From positions 1 through 61,235 of the forward strand of contig JBFLGF010000202.1 of assembly GCA_050230475.1 (NCBI GenBank): a stretch of 61,235 bases of DNA, written 5' to 3'. Every line of letters starts with the position of its first letter. Position 1 is the first letter of the stretch. This DNA comes from Ancylonema sp. Lineage: Eukaryota. Of this stretch, positions 21,043 to 32,645 are shown piece after piece. A model generated the notes under the pieces. That model was not told the origin of the DNA, searched no databases, and worked only from the letters and a program-made list of their open reading frames with translations. Position numbers and translations under genes: made by a program.

Positions 21043-23009
21043 CTATTGCACGTGCATGCCAGGGGAGCGCTCGACGTCCACATGCTCCCCAAAACCGTTG
21101 AACAAAGACTGACCTTGCTCCAGAACCTTCTTGAGTGCGGACTTGGTCTCTACGGGAAGCTTCCACGCAGCATCTGCTGCATCCAAAATGGCACCGACAT
21201 TTTCACTCTGCCCCGTCGCCATCTGTTTGAAAAATGAGGCAGCCCGGGAGAGGAAGGAAGTCTGGGCAGTCGGCTTCGAGATCTGGAATTGAAGCCGTTG
21301 ACAAAACAGGACTTTCTTGGAGGAGTCGATAGCGTTGACTCTGACAGTGTACGGGCCCTGGAAGGAAAAAAAAAATCGATCAATGAGAATGGAGCGCAAG
21401 ATAGCTTCTGACCTACGAATCAGAAAAAAATATGGGAAGATCCAAGAAGTCTGGTTATGCTCCTGTTACACTCACCATCGCCACGTGATTGGACGATTCA
21501 ATTTCAAGACATGCAATGAATGGAGAGCACTTTGAAGTGATCTCTGCACGAACGCCGCAGCATGGCATCGAAACCGCCACGAGGTGAGTCAGCAATGATG
21601 TGTCGAAGCTATCCTCCAGCCAGCAGCAATCACCCTCCTCAGTACAATTTTCTTGCCTCTGTGCCGAAGTGAGTCCCAAAATTTTCTTTACAAATCCAAT
21701 TGAGGAATCCAATCTGCGTACCAAAGGCGGCGCACTACAGTCCCACTGACCCGTGCAACTACGAAATTGTCATCCGCAACGTTCAATCTGAAAGTACACT
21801 GTCCCACATCGATGGAAGACAGGTGGCAGACAGAGCGAGCAGCGCTTACTGCAGGAGTGATAGATGGCAGTGACTGAGAGTTTGTGAACACAAAGTCGTC
21901 TCCTGCCGCCACTGGGCACTCCGTTTTGGTACATAGAGGATCGGTTTCGATGTGAACCGGAAGTCCGAGGAAGGATACGATGACCACAACAGTACCGCCG
22001 GTTATCTCCACATCTGATTCAGGACACAAGACGTCTGACTGCCTTAGATTGCAGAATCGGACAGCTGAGCAGGGCGCCGACTTGCGGAGGCTATGCTCTA
22101 GATTTAGTAACTTGAGGAAAACGATGGTAAAATGTATACAGATTATGCCTCTCGCAGGTAAATGGCAGAACACTGTGATATGAGAGTGCCATGTAACATA
22201 ATCTCACTTTTTACCTGACAATCTTTATCGGATATGTGATTATTACCACATGGATGCCTACAGAGACACCTAGGTGCCTCGAGCTCGATTGCTTCGATCA
22301 CATCTCATATAGACCTGAAAGCCTGGGACAGAAGCTACGTGTCTTTTAACTGTGGTAAATGAATACATCTACTTCAAATTATGTTCAATTTTTCTCAAGG
22401 ACCAAAGCGGACGTCCTACACACACGCGTCGCTAATCTGTAAGAGAGTCATCAATATTTCGATTTACGGATAGGGATAGGGATAAATGAATGAGTTGAAA
22501 GTGTGCAGATGGAATCCAAACCTGTTGTTGCGGAAATTTCAAAAGACATTTCTTCGCCGCTGATGGCAGGGTCTGGCTTGAGAACCACATCATGCACGGT
22601 GACTGGAGCAGTCGCAGGCCCTGGACAAAGAGACAAAATGCAAATATGTAGGCTCTTCATATTCTCAATGAGCATACAGGGGCTGACGCCGAAATTTCAT
22701 AGCATACATACTTTTAAGCTAATCACAGCGACAGCTTATTGCTCCAAACTTCTTACAGTAAATATTTTGTTATGTTTGCGGTGATTGTGTAAGCAGCAGA
22801 ATTGATGTGCAATCATCATCACTATGGACAAGATGGATATAATAGAGATAAGCTCATTTGCGGTATGTTTCAGCGTTGCGAGGAAATGGGAGCGATGGTA
22901 CATTATGGGAGAAAAACATACCACAATCGACATGCTGTAGAGTCGCTCCCGCTGTAGTGACGCTAACAGCCAGCAAAGTCACAAACAGCCATGCAAATAG
23001 GTTCGCCAT
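21043..23009 (-). CDS. ML-domain (MD-2/NPC2-like, PG/PI-transfer-type) secreted lipid-binding protein, ~221 aa, 4 exons
   Basis: Exons 22922-23009 (signal peptide MANLFAWLFVTLLAVSVTTAG), 22522-22620, 21850-22013, 21043-21357. Motifs V.LKPDPAISG, ITGGTV, ETDPLC.KTECPVAAG.DF, QSLPSITPAGPYTV, LFC. Confidence 0.9.
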
Positions 23010-23263
23010 AATAATAGAAACAATGAGTTCTTGTAGGAGTTTTTTCTCAAGCTATTGAATTGCCGAATTTTTCAGCTTTCGGAGGTTGTTATTCTTGTCT
23101 CGAGAGATGTATTTTGCATCCGTAAAGAAGGTCTGCGAGGGAATAATTCACCCCCTGGCCTTCATGGACTGCGGCCACGTGGTGAATCCATGCGCTAAGC
23201 GAACAAACCAGAAGTACAGAACTCCTGAGATGTAATATTTGCAGGTACTCTATGTGCAGGGTA

Positions 23264-23678
23264 TAGTAAATATTCGTTATAGGCACACTAGTTATGGGCC
23301 TCATCTTGTTATAGGCACCAGAATCGCGTGTACCAACTTTCCCCCGCCAAATCGTCTTCGTTGTAGGCACCAGCACACCAGGTTATAGGCACACCAAAAA
23401 GGGCGATTCTGTGCCTGTAACGAATTATGAAGTCATAAAATATGCTGACGTGACAGATGTGATCAGGGAGACAGGGAGAAAATAAATAAATCAGCGACAT
23501 GGCAGACGAAGTTCACGAACTCTGAGAACAAAATTTTGAGTTTCCCTCAGTACAGGTACATCTGCCTCAGGGCCCCTGGCAGATGTGCCTGTAATGCGAT
23601 GTCCACGTTACACATATAACCACGTTACAGGCTCACGTTGCCCGTGAACCAAAGGTGTGCCTATAACGATTATTACTG
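23264..23678. mobile_element. MITE with TA target duplication (Tc1/mariner-like)
   Basis: Imperfect TIRs: TAGTAAATATTCGTTATAGGCACAC on the left versus reverse complement CAGTAATAATCGTTATAGGCACAC on the right. TA flanks both sides. Internal GTTATAGGCAC sub-repeats and a hairpin at ~23551-23592. Confidence 0.7.
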
Positions 23679-24631
23679 TACACCAATGTGTACCTGCAAA
23701 ATTGTCTAGACGTGGAGAAATGGTGACGGTGACGGTGCCGGTGATTTATTTTCACCAAAAACTATAAACTATAACTATATAACTATATATAAAACTATAA
23801 ACTAAATACTCATTATAGGCATAAATTTGAGAGGAATTGTATGCCCATGAAGTGGCCACATTTGTAACGTGTCCATGCGTTATAGGCCTCTTCGCCAGGA
23901 GCCCCAATGTCAGATGAGCCCGTAACGAGGGAAATCCAAAATTTAGCTCCCAGATCACAGGAATGTCGTCAGTCATCACGGTATACTTTTTTGGTCACAC
24001 AATTCCAACTTGATGGCCGATTGGCGCGTGAATGAGTCCAAATGTATTTTGACGACTCTGTAGTGAATGGGCAGAATTCCGGATTAGCGAATCTGGAATT
24101 ATTAGCTAATCCAGTACTCCGTTTCAGTTTCGGTTGATTGCGGGATTTCGTTAACTCATTAGTACCTAATCCGGAATTGAGAACCAGTCCGGTTAATTGC
24201 GGGGTTTCATTATTTCAACGGGTGCACATTTGATTATTCGATGTTAGGGGTCGCACGTATTACGAACTTTACGTATTATTGGGCACTAGAATTGCGGCTG
24301 TGAGCATTAGGAGCTTTGTTGTTTAGCTCTGTTATTAAGCCTGACTGTTCAACGTATCTAGTCATATCTGGTGTATGAACAAGACTACGTTAGCTGCTTG
24401 TGGCAGAAGATTGTGCGTGTGTCGCCGAGACTTAAAATAAATCATTCTGAACCCGTTAATTTAAACCCTAGGAAGAACCCGACAATATTACCATATCTCA
24501 GTCGAGTTTTCAGTCTTCCAATCTGAATTGACTGAATTAAGAAAAAACGACGGGAACCCCATCTCATTACAAGAACGTGCCTGTAAAGAAAATACATCCT
24601 AAAAAAACGACGAATATGTGAGCCGATCGTA

Positions 24632-24790
24632 CTAGACAAAACTAGCAACAATATGCAACTCCGAAGAAGAAAGTGGAACGCGCGGTGGTGGGGGAGGTAA
24701 CAAGGCCATGGATTGCTCTAGACATAGGGTTTTAGCATGTATCGCATGTGCTAGCGACCGTTGCAATGCATTGTCTTTTTGGCAATTCCG
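24632..24790 (-). mobile_element. Short 3' remnant of an RLE-type (CRE/NeSL-like) non-LTR retrotransposon
   Basis: Translation ALQRSLAHAIHAKTLCLE parallels TLQHALARAIHARMARLE in the neighbouring fragment. Confidence 0.5.
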
Positions 24791-25101
24791 TGTCCCTCGG
24801 CGTTCAAGTGCGTTTGGCCGTGCATTGTATGGGCGGTGCATAAGCTTTTGTATTCGGCGAGTGTAAGACGTCTATATCGTGATGACGCCGCTACAACAGA
24901 TCCTCTTTGAAAAAACGAAGTAGATGACGCACATCGATTTTTAGAGAGAAATGCATGTTTATTATAACCGAACGACGGGATTCCCAACCTCTTACAACGA
25001 AAAAAATTGTCCGATGCAAGTGAGCTAATGCCAACAAACCAAATAATTATACAAAGGGAACTCATGCGCATTTAGAACCGTACCATAAAACTCTCTACCA
25101 A

Positions 25102-25556
25102 TCAAACAACCAGCGCACAGAAAATATGAAATGACCCCGCAATCGCCATGAGATTCCCTGCTGAGATAATCGCGCAAGAGGGGAGTGTAGATAGCGAAGA
25201 TGAAGACGCCTCAAGACGAGCCATACGTGCATGAATCGCTCGAGCTAGCGCATGTTGAAGTGTGACCGCAACACGCTGCCGAAACCAAATGACAAGGACG
25301 CTGGTAGAGGGGGATGATCTGCCATGCTCGGAAAATGCTCGCCGGGCGCAGTCGCGCAAGAATTCTTCTGTTCGAGTCCATACCGCACCATACGTCTCGG
25401 TGGTGATAGGAATGAAGGTGTCCCCTCGCGGTCGCCCACTATAGTGCCGCTCTTTCTGCTGCGCAGCTTGTGAGGCGGCACTCTAGGGAACAATTGCTCC
25501 TCGTGCGACTAGGTCAACCTGCGTCGGTTCCGCCATAATAACTTCTAGTAAGGTGC
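25102..25556 (-). mobile_element. Degenerate C-terminal restriction-like-endonuclease region of a CRE/NeSL-like non-LTR retrotransposon
   Basis: One frame reads TLLEVIMAEPTQVDLVARGAIVP*SAASQAAQQKERHY...TFIPITTETYGAV...WFRQRVAVTLQHALARAIHAR. This matches the K..Y / F.P...ET.G / QR.AV.LQ..A..I pattern of RLE LINEs and contains one in-frame stop. Confidence 0.7.
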
Positions 25557-26271
25557 TCGGATATCAGTAGATCCACACGTCCCCCTCGGCCCCCTCGGCC
25601 CCCTGGCCCCCCTGGGTCCTAATCGACGTCAGCACGGGTTATGACGTCAGAAGTCGCCATTTTTCTGTGCCTATGACGTGGTATTCTATTACCTATGACG
25701 AAGACGATCTGGCGGGGGAAAGTCGTTACTCACGATTTTCGTGCCAATAACGCAACAATGCCTTTAACAAGTGTGCCTATAGCAGATATTTACCGCAACG
25801 ACAAATAGGCGGATTAACAAGCTCCTGGGTAGCTGCTCCCCAAAGCCGATATCTAATGACAGAGGTTCTTCTCTGATCTGAACCACGACACTTGTTCCAA
25901 CTCGCTGAACGCTGACACACACCAATGCATCTGAGCTGTTATCCCTCCGCAGCTGAGATACACGAAAGCTAGAAAGAGCCTCCAACCTGTTTCCAGTTTT
26001 GATCACGCCCAAAGTATTGCGGCTTCATTCAAAACCAACAAATCTGGCAGGTCTGTTAAAGCAGCTGCTGCGGGTCACGCGTGTGCCAATACGCGGCCGT
26101 ATTCATTGTAATGAGTGGCACTTAGAGGAACAGAGGCCGCCAACGGTTCCACGATTTTGTTATCGATACAGATTATCACACGTGTGCGCATTTTCTGAGG
26201 TTCGCGACCGTATCCCGGCGGGGTTGCTCGCCAGAGAGTCAGATTCCGGTCCACTACATCCTTTCAACTCC

Positions 26272-29200
26272 ATGGTGGGTCGACCTAAGAAGGTCGTCCC
26301 TCCGGATGAAGTCCTGAATGCAGGACCTGCACGCCCAAGGGGCAGACCGAAGAAGAACACAACCGCAGCTGTACCGGCGACCGGAGAGACTGCCGAGGTG
26401 CCTGCCGCGAAGAAGAGAGGCCGGCCGAGAACGAAACCGGTGGCCGAGCCCGTAAATAAGAGGCCAAAGGGTAGGCCTACCAAAGCTGCTAGAGCACTCG
26501 AGTCAACAGAAGTCAACAAGGGAGGCGATCAAGACATCGGAGGAGAAACGACTCAGAAGGGCGGCGAAAAAGGCACCGAAGCTGGCAATGACGTTGCGTT
26601 GAAAACGAAAAGTGCGGGAATTGATCTTCAGAAAAGAGTAGATGAGGAGGCAGAAGACAGCAAAAATGTAGGGAAGAAGGAGACGAGCGAGGGGAAGAAA
26701 GATACGAAGGTTGCAAAAGAGGCAAAGTACAAAGCTGCAGTAGAACAGGCGTCGAATTCGAAAGAGCCTTGGTCCGTCAGGGTGCCCAAATCGCCCGATC
26801 CCGAATGGTTCGCGTACCGTCCAGAGACCATGCGTCAGACTGTAGAAGCAGAGGATGGCAAGCGAGTGGTAATACTTATCTCTTGGACTGTTGCTCGACT
26901 GCGATCTGTACTGAAGCCGAACAAAGGTGCAAAGGGGCTGCCAGACACAGCCCCGATTGATACATGTACAGAGAGAGCAGAAGAGGAGGCCATGGCACTT
27001 GAGCAGATTGAAGAACTGGAGGACCCGGACCTCATCTGCTTGCAAGAGACCAAGATCCAGGTGCAGATTCGCGCTCAGCATTATATGTACAACGTGTTGA
27101 AGCACTATGACAAATTATTTGTTTGCATGTATGTATGCACATCGGCATATGTGTATGTGTAAGGAACGTATGTAGACATATATGCATGTTGGAATTTGTG
27201 TATATCGTACACAATAACTTTTCTCTTGGAGTGATTCGCATGTAATAAAATGTGGTAAGTTTTATTGTTTACATGCATGTGTGTATACATGCATGTGTGT
27301 AGACATGCATGTATGTAGACATGCATGTGTGTATACATGCATGTGTGTATATATGCATGTGTGTAGACATGCATGTGTGTATACATGCATGTGTGTATAC
27401 ATGCATGTGTGTATATACGCATGTATGTAGACATGCATGTCTACATACATGCATGTCTACATACATGCATGTCTACATACATGCATGTGTGTATACATGC
27501 ATGTGTGTATACATGCATGTGTGTATACATGCATGTGTGTATACATGCATGTGTGCATACATGCATGCATGTGTGTGTATGCCTCCTGTCTGACACCTGT
27601 CCCCCTCCCATGTGATCAGGAGAAGGGCATTGAGAGCGTGAAGCAGGGCCTCCTCCCCAACTACCCCCACTCCCACTGGACCTGCAGCACAGTGAACCTG
27701 GGGTACTCGGGGTGCGCCCTCTTTTCTAAGGTGCGCCCTTTTTTCTTAAGGTGCGCCCTCTTTTCTAAGGTCAACATCGATGTCCCTCAACCTCAAAACG
27801 GATGCTTGTGGGACAAGAATGTGTGCCGAAAAGGTTCGGTTGCTGATATGGCAGTGATGGGAATTGGTACTTGGTGTCCATGTTTCCTGAACCCCAGCAT
27901 TCCACGCTCACTGACGATACTGATCTGTAATAGCAGAACCTGAACCTGAGCTTATCCTGAACCTGACGCTGGACATGGTTTTCTTGGGGGTTTTTTTAGG
28001 GTTTTTTTGGGGTTTTTGGGCAAAATGCATGCAGACTGAATACTCTCTCAGAAACATGAAATCTGAAATCGGATGAGAGAAAGAAAGGGGAAAATGACAA
28101 GCAAGCTATCTCACTAGCTCTGAGGAAGAAATGATTTGACACCCGGACACAACACCAACATAAAATGAAACATCACCCCTCCCCTGAATAACCCTCCTGT
28201 GCCGCTCAGAGTAGTTTACTTGCGCCAACTTGATTCATTTACCGGCTCCCGATTTCAAAAAAAAAACCTATCTAAAAACCCTCTCTAAAAACCCTAAAAA
28301 ACCCTCTCTAAAAACCCTAAAATACTCTCTCTTAAAACCCTTAAAATCCTGAAACAGCTTCCAATCGAGCCCAGCAGAACTCAAACTCGCCAACCCTTTT
28401 ATAAATCATCCTAATGTTCGGAAACAAAAAATAATAATCAAGTAGTGTAACAATAATAATCTTATTGTTCAACATCAAATTCCCTCCTAGGTGGCTCCCC
28501 TAGATGTAACTTTGGGGCTGGCTGCTCTGTCCGACGACACAGAGGGGCGTGTGATCACCGCAGAATTCGACAAAGTCTTTGTCGTCGTGACCTACGTCCC
28601 TAACGCGGGGGAAGGGCTGAGACGATTGGTAACCAAAACACTTTTCTCCACCTCCTTTTTTTTAAAGCCTTTTTATGACCGGAACCGACCATATTCGTTT
28701 TCGCAAAAATAAAATACTCGTTTTGCTCTACATGTCGTTGCGAGTAAAACGTGTCGTTGCGTTCGTTGCATCTAAGAGAAACGAAACCCCCTTTATTTTT
28801 TTTCGTCATATTCATTTTCATCGATGTTGCAAACAAACGGTACAGCAAACATGAGCAACACAATCCCCACTTGCGCCTATAACGAATAGCGCCCGAAGCA
28901 CATAGCGCTTGTTACAAACAGTGTCTATAACGAGTAGTGCCCATCACGAGTAGCACTGATGACGACTTGGGCCTATAACGAGTTGAGCCTATAACGAATC
29001 GTGCCTGTAACGAGTTGTGCCTGTAACGAATGTTGCCCTGCAGGCGTATCGAGAGGAGGAGTGGGATGTGGCCCTGGGGAACCATTGCAAGGTGCAGAGG
29101 GGTGTCAAAACCCTAAAACTCCTAAAAATACTAAGAAAACCCTAAATCCTAAACCCTAAACCATTAGGAAACCCCAACAGCCACACACATCCTCTACAAA

Positions 29201-31387
29201 ACCTGAAAAGCCCAAAAGCGCTTTGCTTGTCGATCACGCACTGCTGCATGAGTCAGTAGGAACACACAGTTACGATGAATGCATGCATATATTGAAGTGT
29301 ATATACATATGCATACACTCGAGCATTATACGCATAGGTGACAAGTGTGGAGCAATTCATAAACGGGGGAGGGGATGAGGAGAGGAGGTTGCCCACTCCA
29401 CCCTCTTCTTCTTTCGTTTGGTGTTATGAAGGAAGGTAGAAAGGTAGGTATACTATTACTATTGAGCTATTAAAGTAGGGAAAGTTAGGATCTTTTTTTT
29501 ATTTTTCCCTTTTTTTATCGTACCCTCTTTTTTCGCACCTTCATTTTTAGACTCTTCCACTTTTTTTGACTTTTTTTTTTCTTTTCAAATCTTCCTCTTA
29601 TATTTCATTCCCTTTTTGGTTCCCAGGACCTCGCGAAAAAGAAGCCTGTGATTTTGGCTGGGGACCTGAACTGCGCTCACAGAGAGATTGATATCTGCAA
29701 CCCTCTGGTGAGAAAAGGGGGGGGGGGGTGCGTGTGCTGGATTCTGGATTCTGGACTTTGGGTTTTGGGGTTTCGGAATGTTTGAGGGGATTATTTGACC
29801 GCAAGAACTGCGGTTTTTTTCCGTTGTGACAACTTATTATTATTATGTAATATATATTATGTCTAATATATTTAATATGTATTCATGTGTATTAAATGTA
29901 ATTGGATTTATAATATAATTATAAAAAATATTCAGATGGCAGCAGAGGACAACAATTCCCAGACTTCCAGGAACGATATATGTTATTTTTCCCTCTGAAT
30001 GAATCAGGGGGAAATAACCTGCCACGAACTTTGCAACAATATTCATCTGAAAAAAAGCAATCCATTCATTCCTCGTGGACTGCTGCTCAACAATTTATTA
30101 GTAATTTAAAAACCCAACAAAGCCCCAAAAAAAACTTCAAAAAAACCCTGGAAAACCCCCCCAAAAAAAGCACCCTCCCATCATACCAGACCAGAATCAC
30201 CACCACTTACCAAAAACCCCATATCCCAAACCCCCACCCCCATCACCCCCATCCGTAGCAAAACAAGTGAAGGTGCCTCAGACAGCTCTCCACACAAGAT
30301 CGGCTCATACACCCCTGTCTCCACCTCCAGCCGCATTGAACTATTCCCCCATCCCATCCCATCCCACGGTCGTCTTCCCCCCCCCCAGGCCAACCTCCAA
30401 TCCCCCGGCTTCACTCTCGTCGAGAGGAATTCGTTTGAGCATCAGTTCCTCCAGCAGGGACTGGTGGACTCGTTCAGACGGCAGCACCCCGCTGGCGTGG
30501 GGTACACCTACTGGGGCTACCGGATGAAATGCAGACCCAAGAATACAGGTGGGGTGGTGGGCGGGGAGAGGGTAGGGGGGCTGGGTGGGGCGAGACAGGG
30601 GAGGGGAGGGATGGGGGGGATGGGGTGAAGGAAGAAGATGGGATGGGAGGGAGGGGGTGGATGTGATAGCGATGGTAGCTTCCAGGAAGCTTCCGAGGGG
30701 GTTTCAATGAGTTTCTTGGAGGCTTCCCGGAAGCTTTTCGGAAACTTCCCAGGGTCTGTATAGAAGCTTCCTGGAAGCGTCAAAGGGGGCTTCTGAGAAG
30801 CTTCCTGTAGGGGTTTGCCTCATTTTTGGGACGCGCCCATCAGCAAAGAGGCGCCATGATGCCATATCAAGACTTTCTTTCGTTTAGGGTTTCTGTCCTC
30901 TCCTTCCTCCATGAGGCACCGGGTTGAGGGTTGTGCGACACTTATTTCGTAATGAAATGAATATGAATATATGAATGTATACAAATATGCAAATACGCAA
31001 ATATTCAAATATGTGAATGTGTGGAATAGTTGCGTCTATTGGAATGCGGCTTTGTACGTGCTTCTATATCGAAGCGAGAGTGCAAAAGTGAGAAGGTGGA
31101 ATAGCAAATAAAACACGTTATCAAAAAGGTGAAAATGTACATAAGTGCAGATAGAGAGGAGCATTTGTATATTAGGCACAGAGTACAAAAATATCTGACT
31201 AGCTATTTTGAACTTCGAGTCCGCCCGCCCCCCCCCCCTCCCCCGCCACCTTCCATGAACAACAGGTTGGCGATTAGACTACGTCCTAGCCTCCGAGTCC
31301 CTCTTGCAAAGTAGGTTCGACTCTTTCACAATGCCCCAAATCATGGGCAGCGACCACTGCCCCTTGGGTCTCTCCTTCATGGTGTGA
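26272..31387 (+). CDS. ARP: ARP-clade AP endonuclease (ExoIII/APE1 family) with N-terminal AT-hooks, ~482 aa, 7 exons
   Basis: Exons 26272-27060, 27620-27730, 28491-28628, 29044-29091, 29627-29707, 30389-30548, 31266-31387. ARP-type EPW...[12 protein letters not shown]; catalytic-domain motifs LQETK, GYSG, EGRVIT.EF, TYVPNAG, GDLNCAH, YTYWGYR, GWRLDY, GSDHCP. Confidence 0.9.
27271..27580. repeat. ~18-bp ACATGCATGTGTGTAT-type minisatellite in ARP intron 1, with an internally inverted block
   Basis: Tandem catgcatgtgtgtata units; ~27437-27483 reads catgtctacata, the reverse complement of tatgtagacatg. Confidence 0.85.
28870..29033. repeat. Array of GTGCCTRTAACGA-type units, same family as the 23264-23678 MITE sub-repeats
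   Basis: About seven degenerate copies (gcctataacga / gcctgtaacga) directly upstream of ARP exon 4. Confidence 0.75.
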
Positions 31388-32645
31388 CCCAAACAGACGG
31401 TGGGGAAAGCTGCACACGGCACTCGCTAGCACTCGCTAGCTCTTGTTCCCATGCTTGTTTGTAGCAAGGTTTGTTTACAAGTGCGGGTGGAAGGATGGAT
31501 GATGTGTGATGCAAAGATGTAAAGATGTAAAGATAGTTTGATGTGGTTTGGAAAAGATGAAGGGAGAGGTATTGAATGAGAGAGGTTTTGTTGCGAAACA
31601 AAGAGGAGAAAGAGTACAGGATTTGTCCGAAAGGGGGGAAATAAAAGCATGTTTGCTAAAATTTCAGAAAAAATGCTAAAATGTTGACAATACATTTGCG
31701 CTCATTCAAGACAAAATCTAGATTGGATGGCGTCCTGGAGACTCGAATCCCGCCCTTCTTTGCCAGAAGTAAATGACTCTTGTGTGTAAGGTTACTTCAG
31801 TTTGTATGAGGCGATCGTGAATACTGGTGTCGAATTAATGCATACTACCTCGCTCTAATTCATACGCATTTATCAGCGTGTAATGAATGTGCCCAAGTGT
31901 CGAGGACTTCATCTTTACCCCGCATTGTGCTCGATCATTTTTGTCATGTACACGTTGGCATACCACAATGTATCGAGGGCCTGGCACGTGCCAGTGCTCG
32001 GTATAACGACATGCATGCCACTCTTATAACGAGAGTGTCGCCTACCATTATAATGTATATGCCCACGAGCATAAGTACGGCCCATCTAGTGTGCCTAAAT
32101 GTCACAATCTTCAATGGGAATGCGTGTCGATGTAACGTGCAAAATGCTGCTCAATAACTCAAACGGAACTCAAAGTAAATTATATTGAGAGACTGACATG
32201 AAGCCGTAGGTGAACGCTATCGTAGCAATGGTGCGCGTGAGTGTCATGCGAGGTGTGCCCAATCCTCGGATACTAGCAAAAAACACGACCATTAGGTAAC
32301 AACAAGGATCCGATGCGCAATGCGATAATTCCCAATACAATGCAAGATGCGTAGGTGTATGAAGTGCCATTTGGTCGTAAGTAGCGACCAAATTAGGTAC
32401 AAATGATAAATGTAAGACCTCCAGACCCAAATGGCTAGCAAGATCCTAAGGGTGCTTTGATGCAGTTGACAAAACCTGTCAAGTAGAATGCCAATTGCCA
32501 GGTATGGCTGCGTCTAAACATGCCATTTCAGACCGATAAATACTGGCTTGTGTACTACCGCTCTACACGCCCGACTCGTAGCAAGCGAACGAACACACCC
32601 AAAAGTGGAATACCTCCCCCCCACAAGGCACACTTCACACCAGCA

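Noticed and set aside
25999..26271. 91-codon upstream extension of ARP as a transit peptide
   Set aside because: No in-frame ATG and the composition is not clearly transit-like. A non-AUG start or upstream exon cannot be excluded without transcripts.
26272..31387. AP endonuclease as part of a LINE
   Set aside because: It has spliceosomal introns and ARP-specific motifs with no RT. The adjacent LINE remnant is on the other strand and is RLE-type.
32170..32540. Possible decayed retroelement coding remnant
   Set aside because: Only a vague resemblance, with stops and no diagnostic motif.
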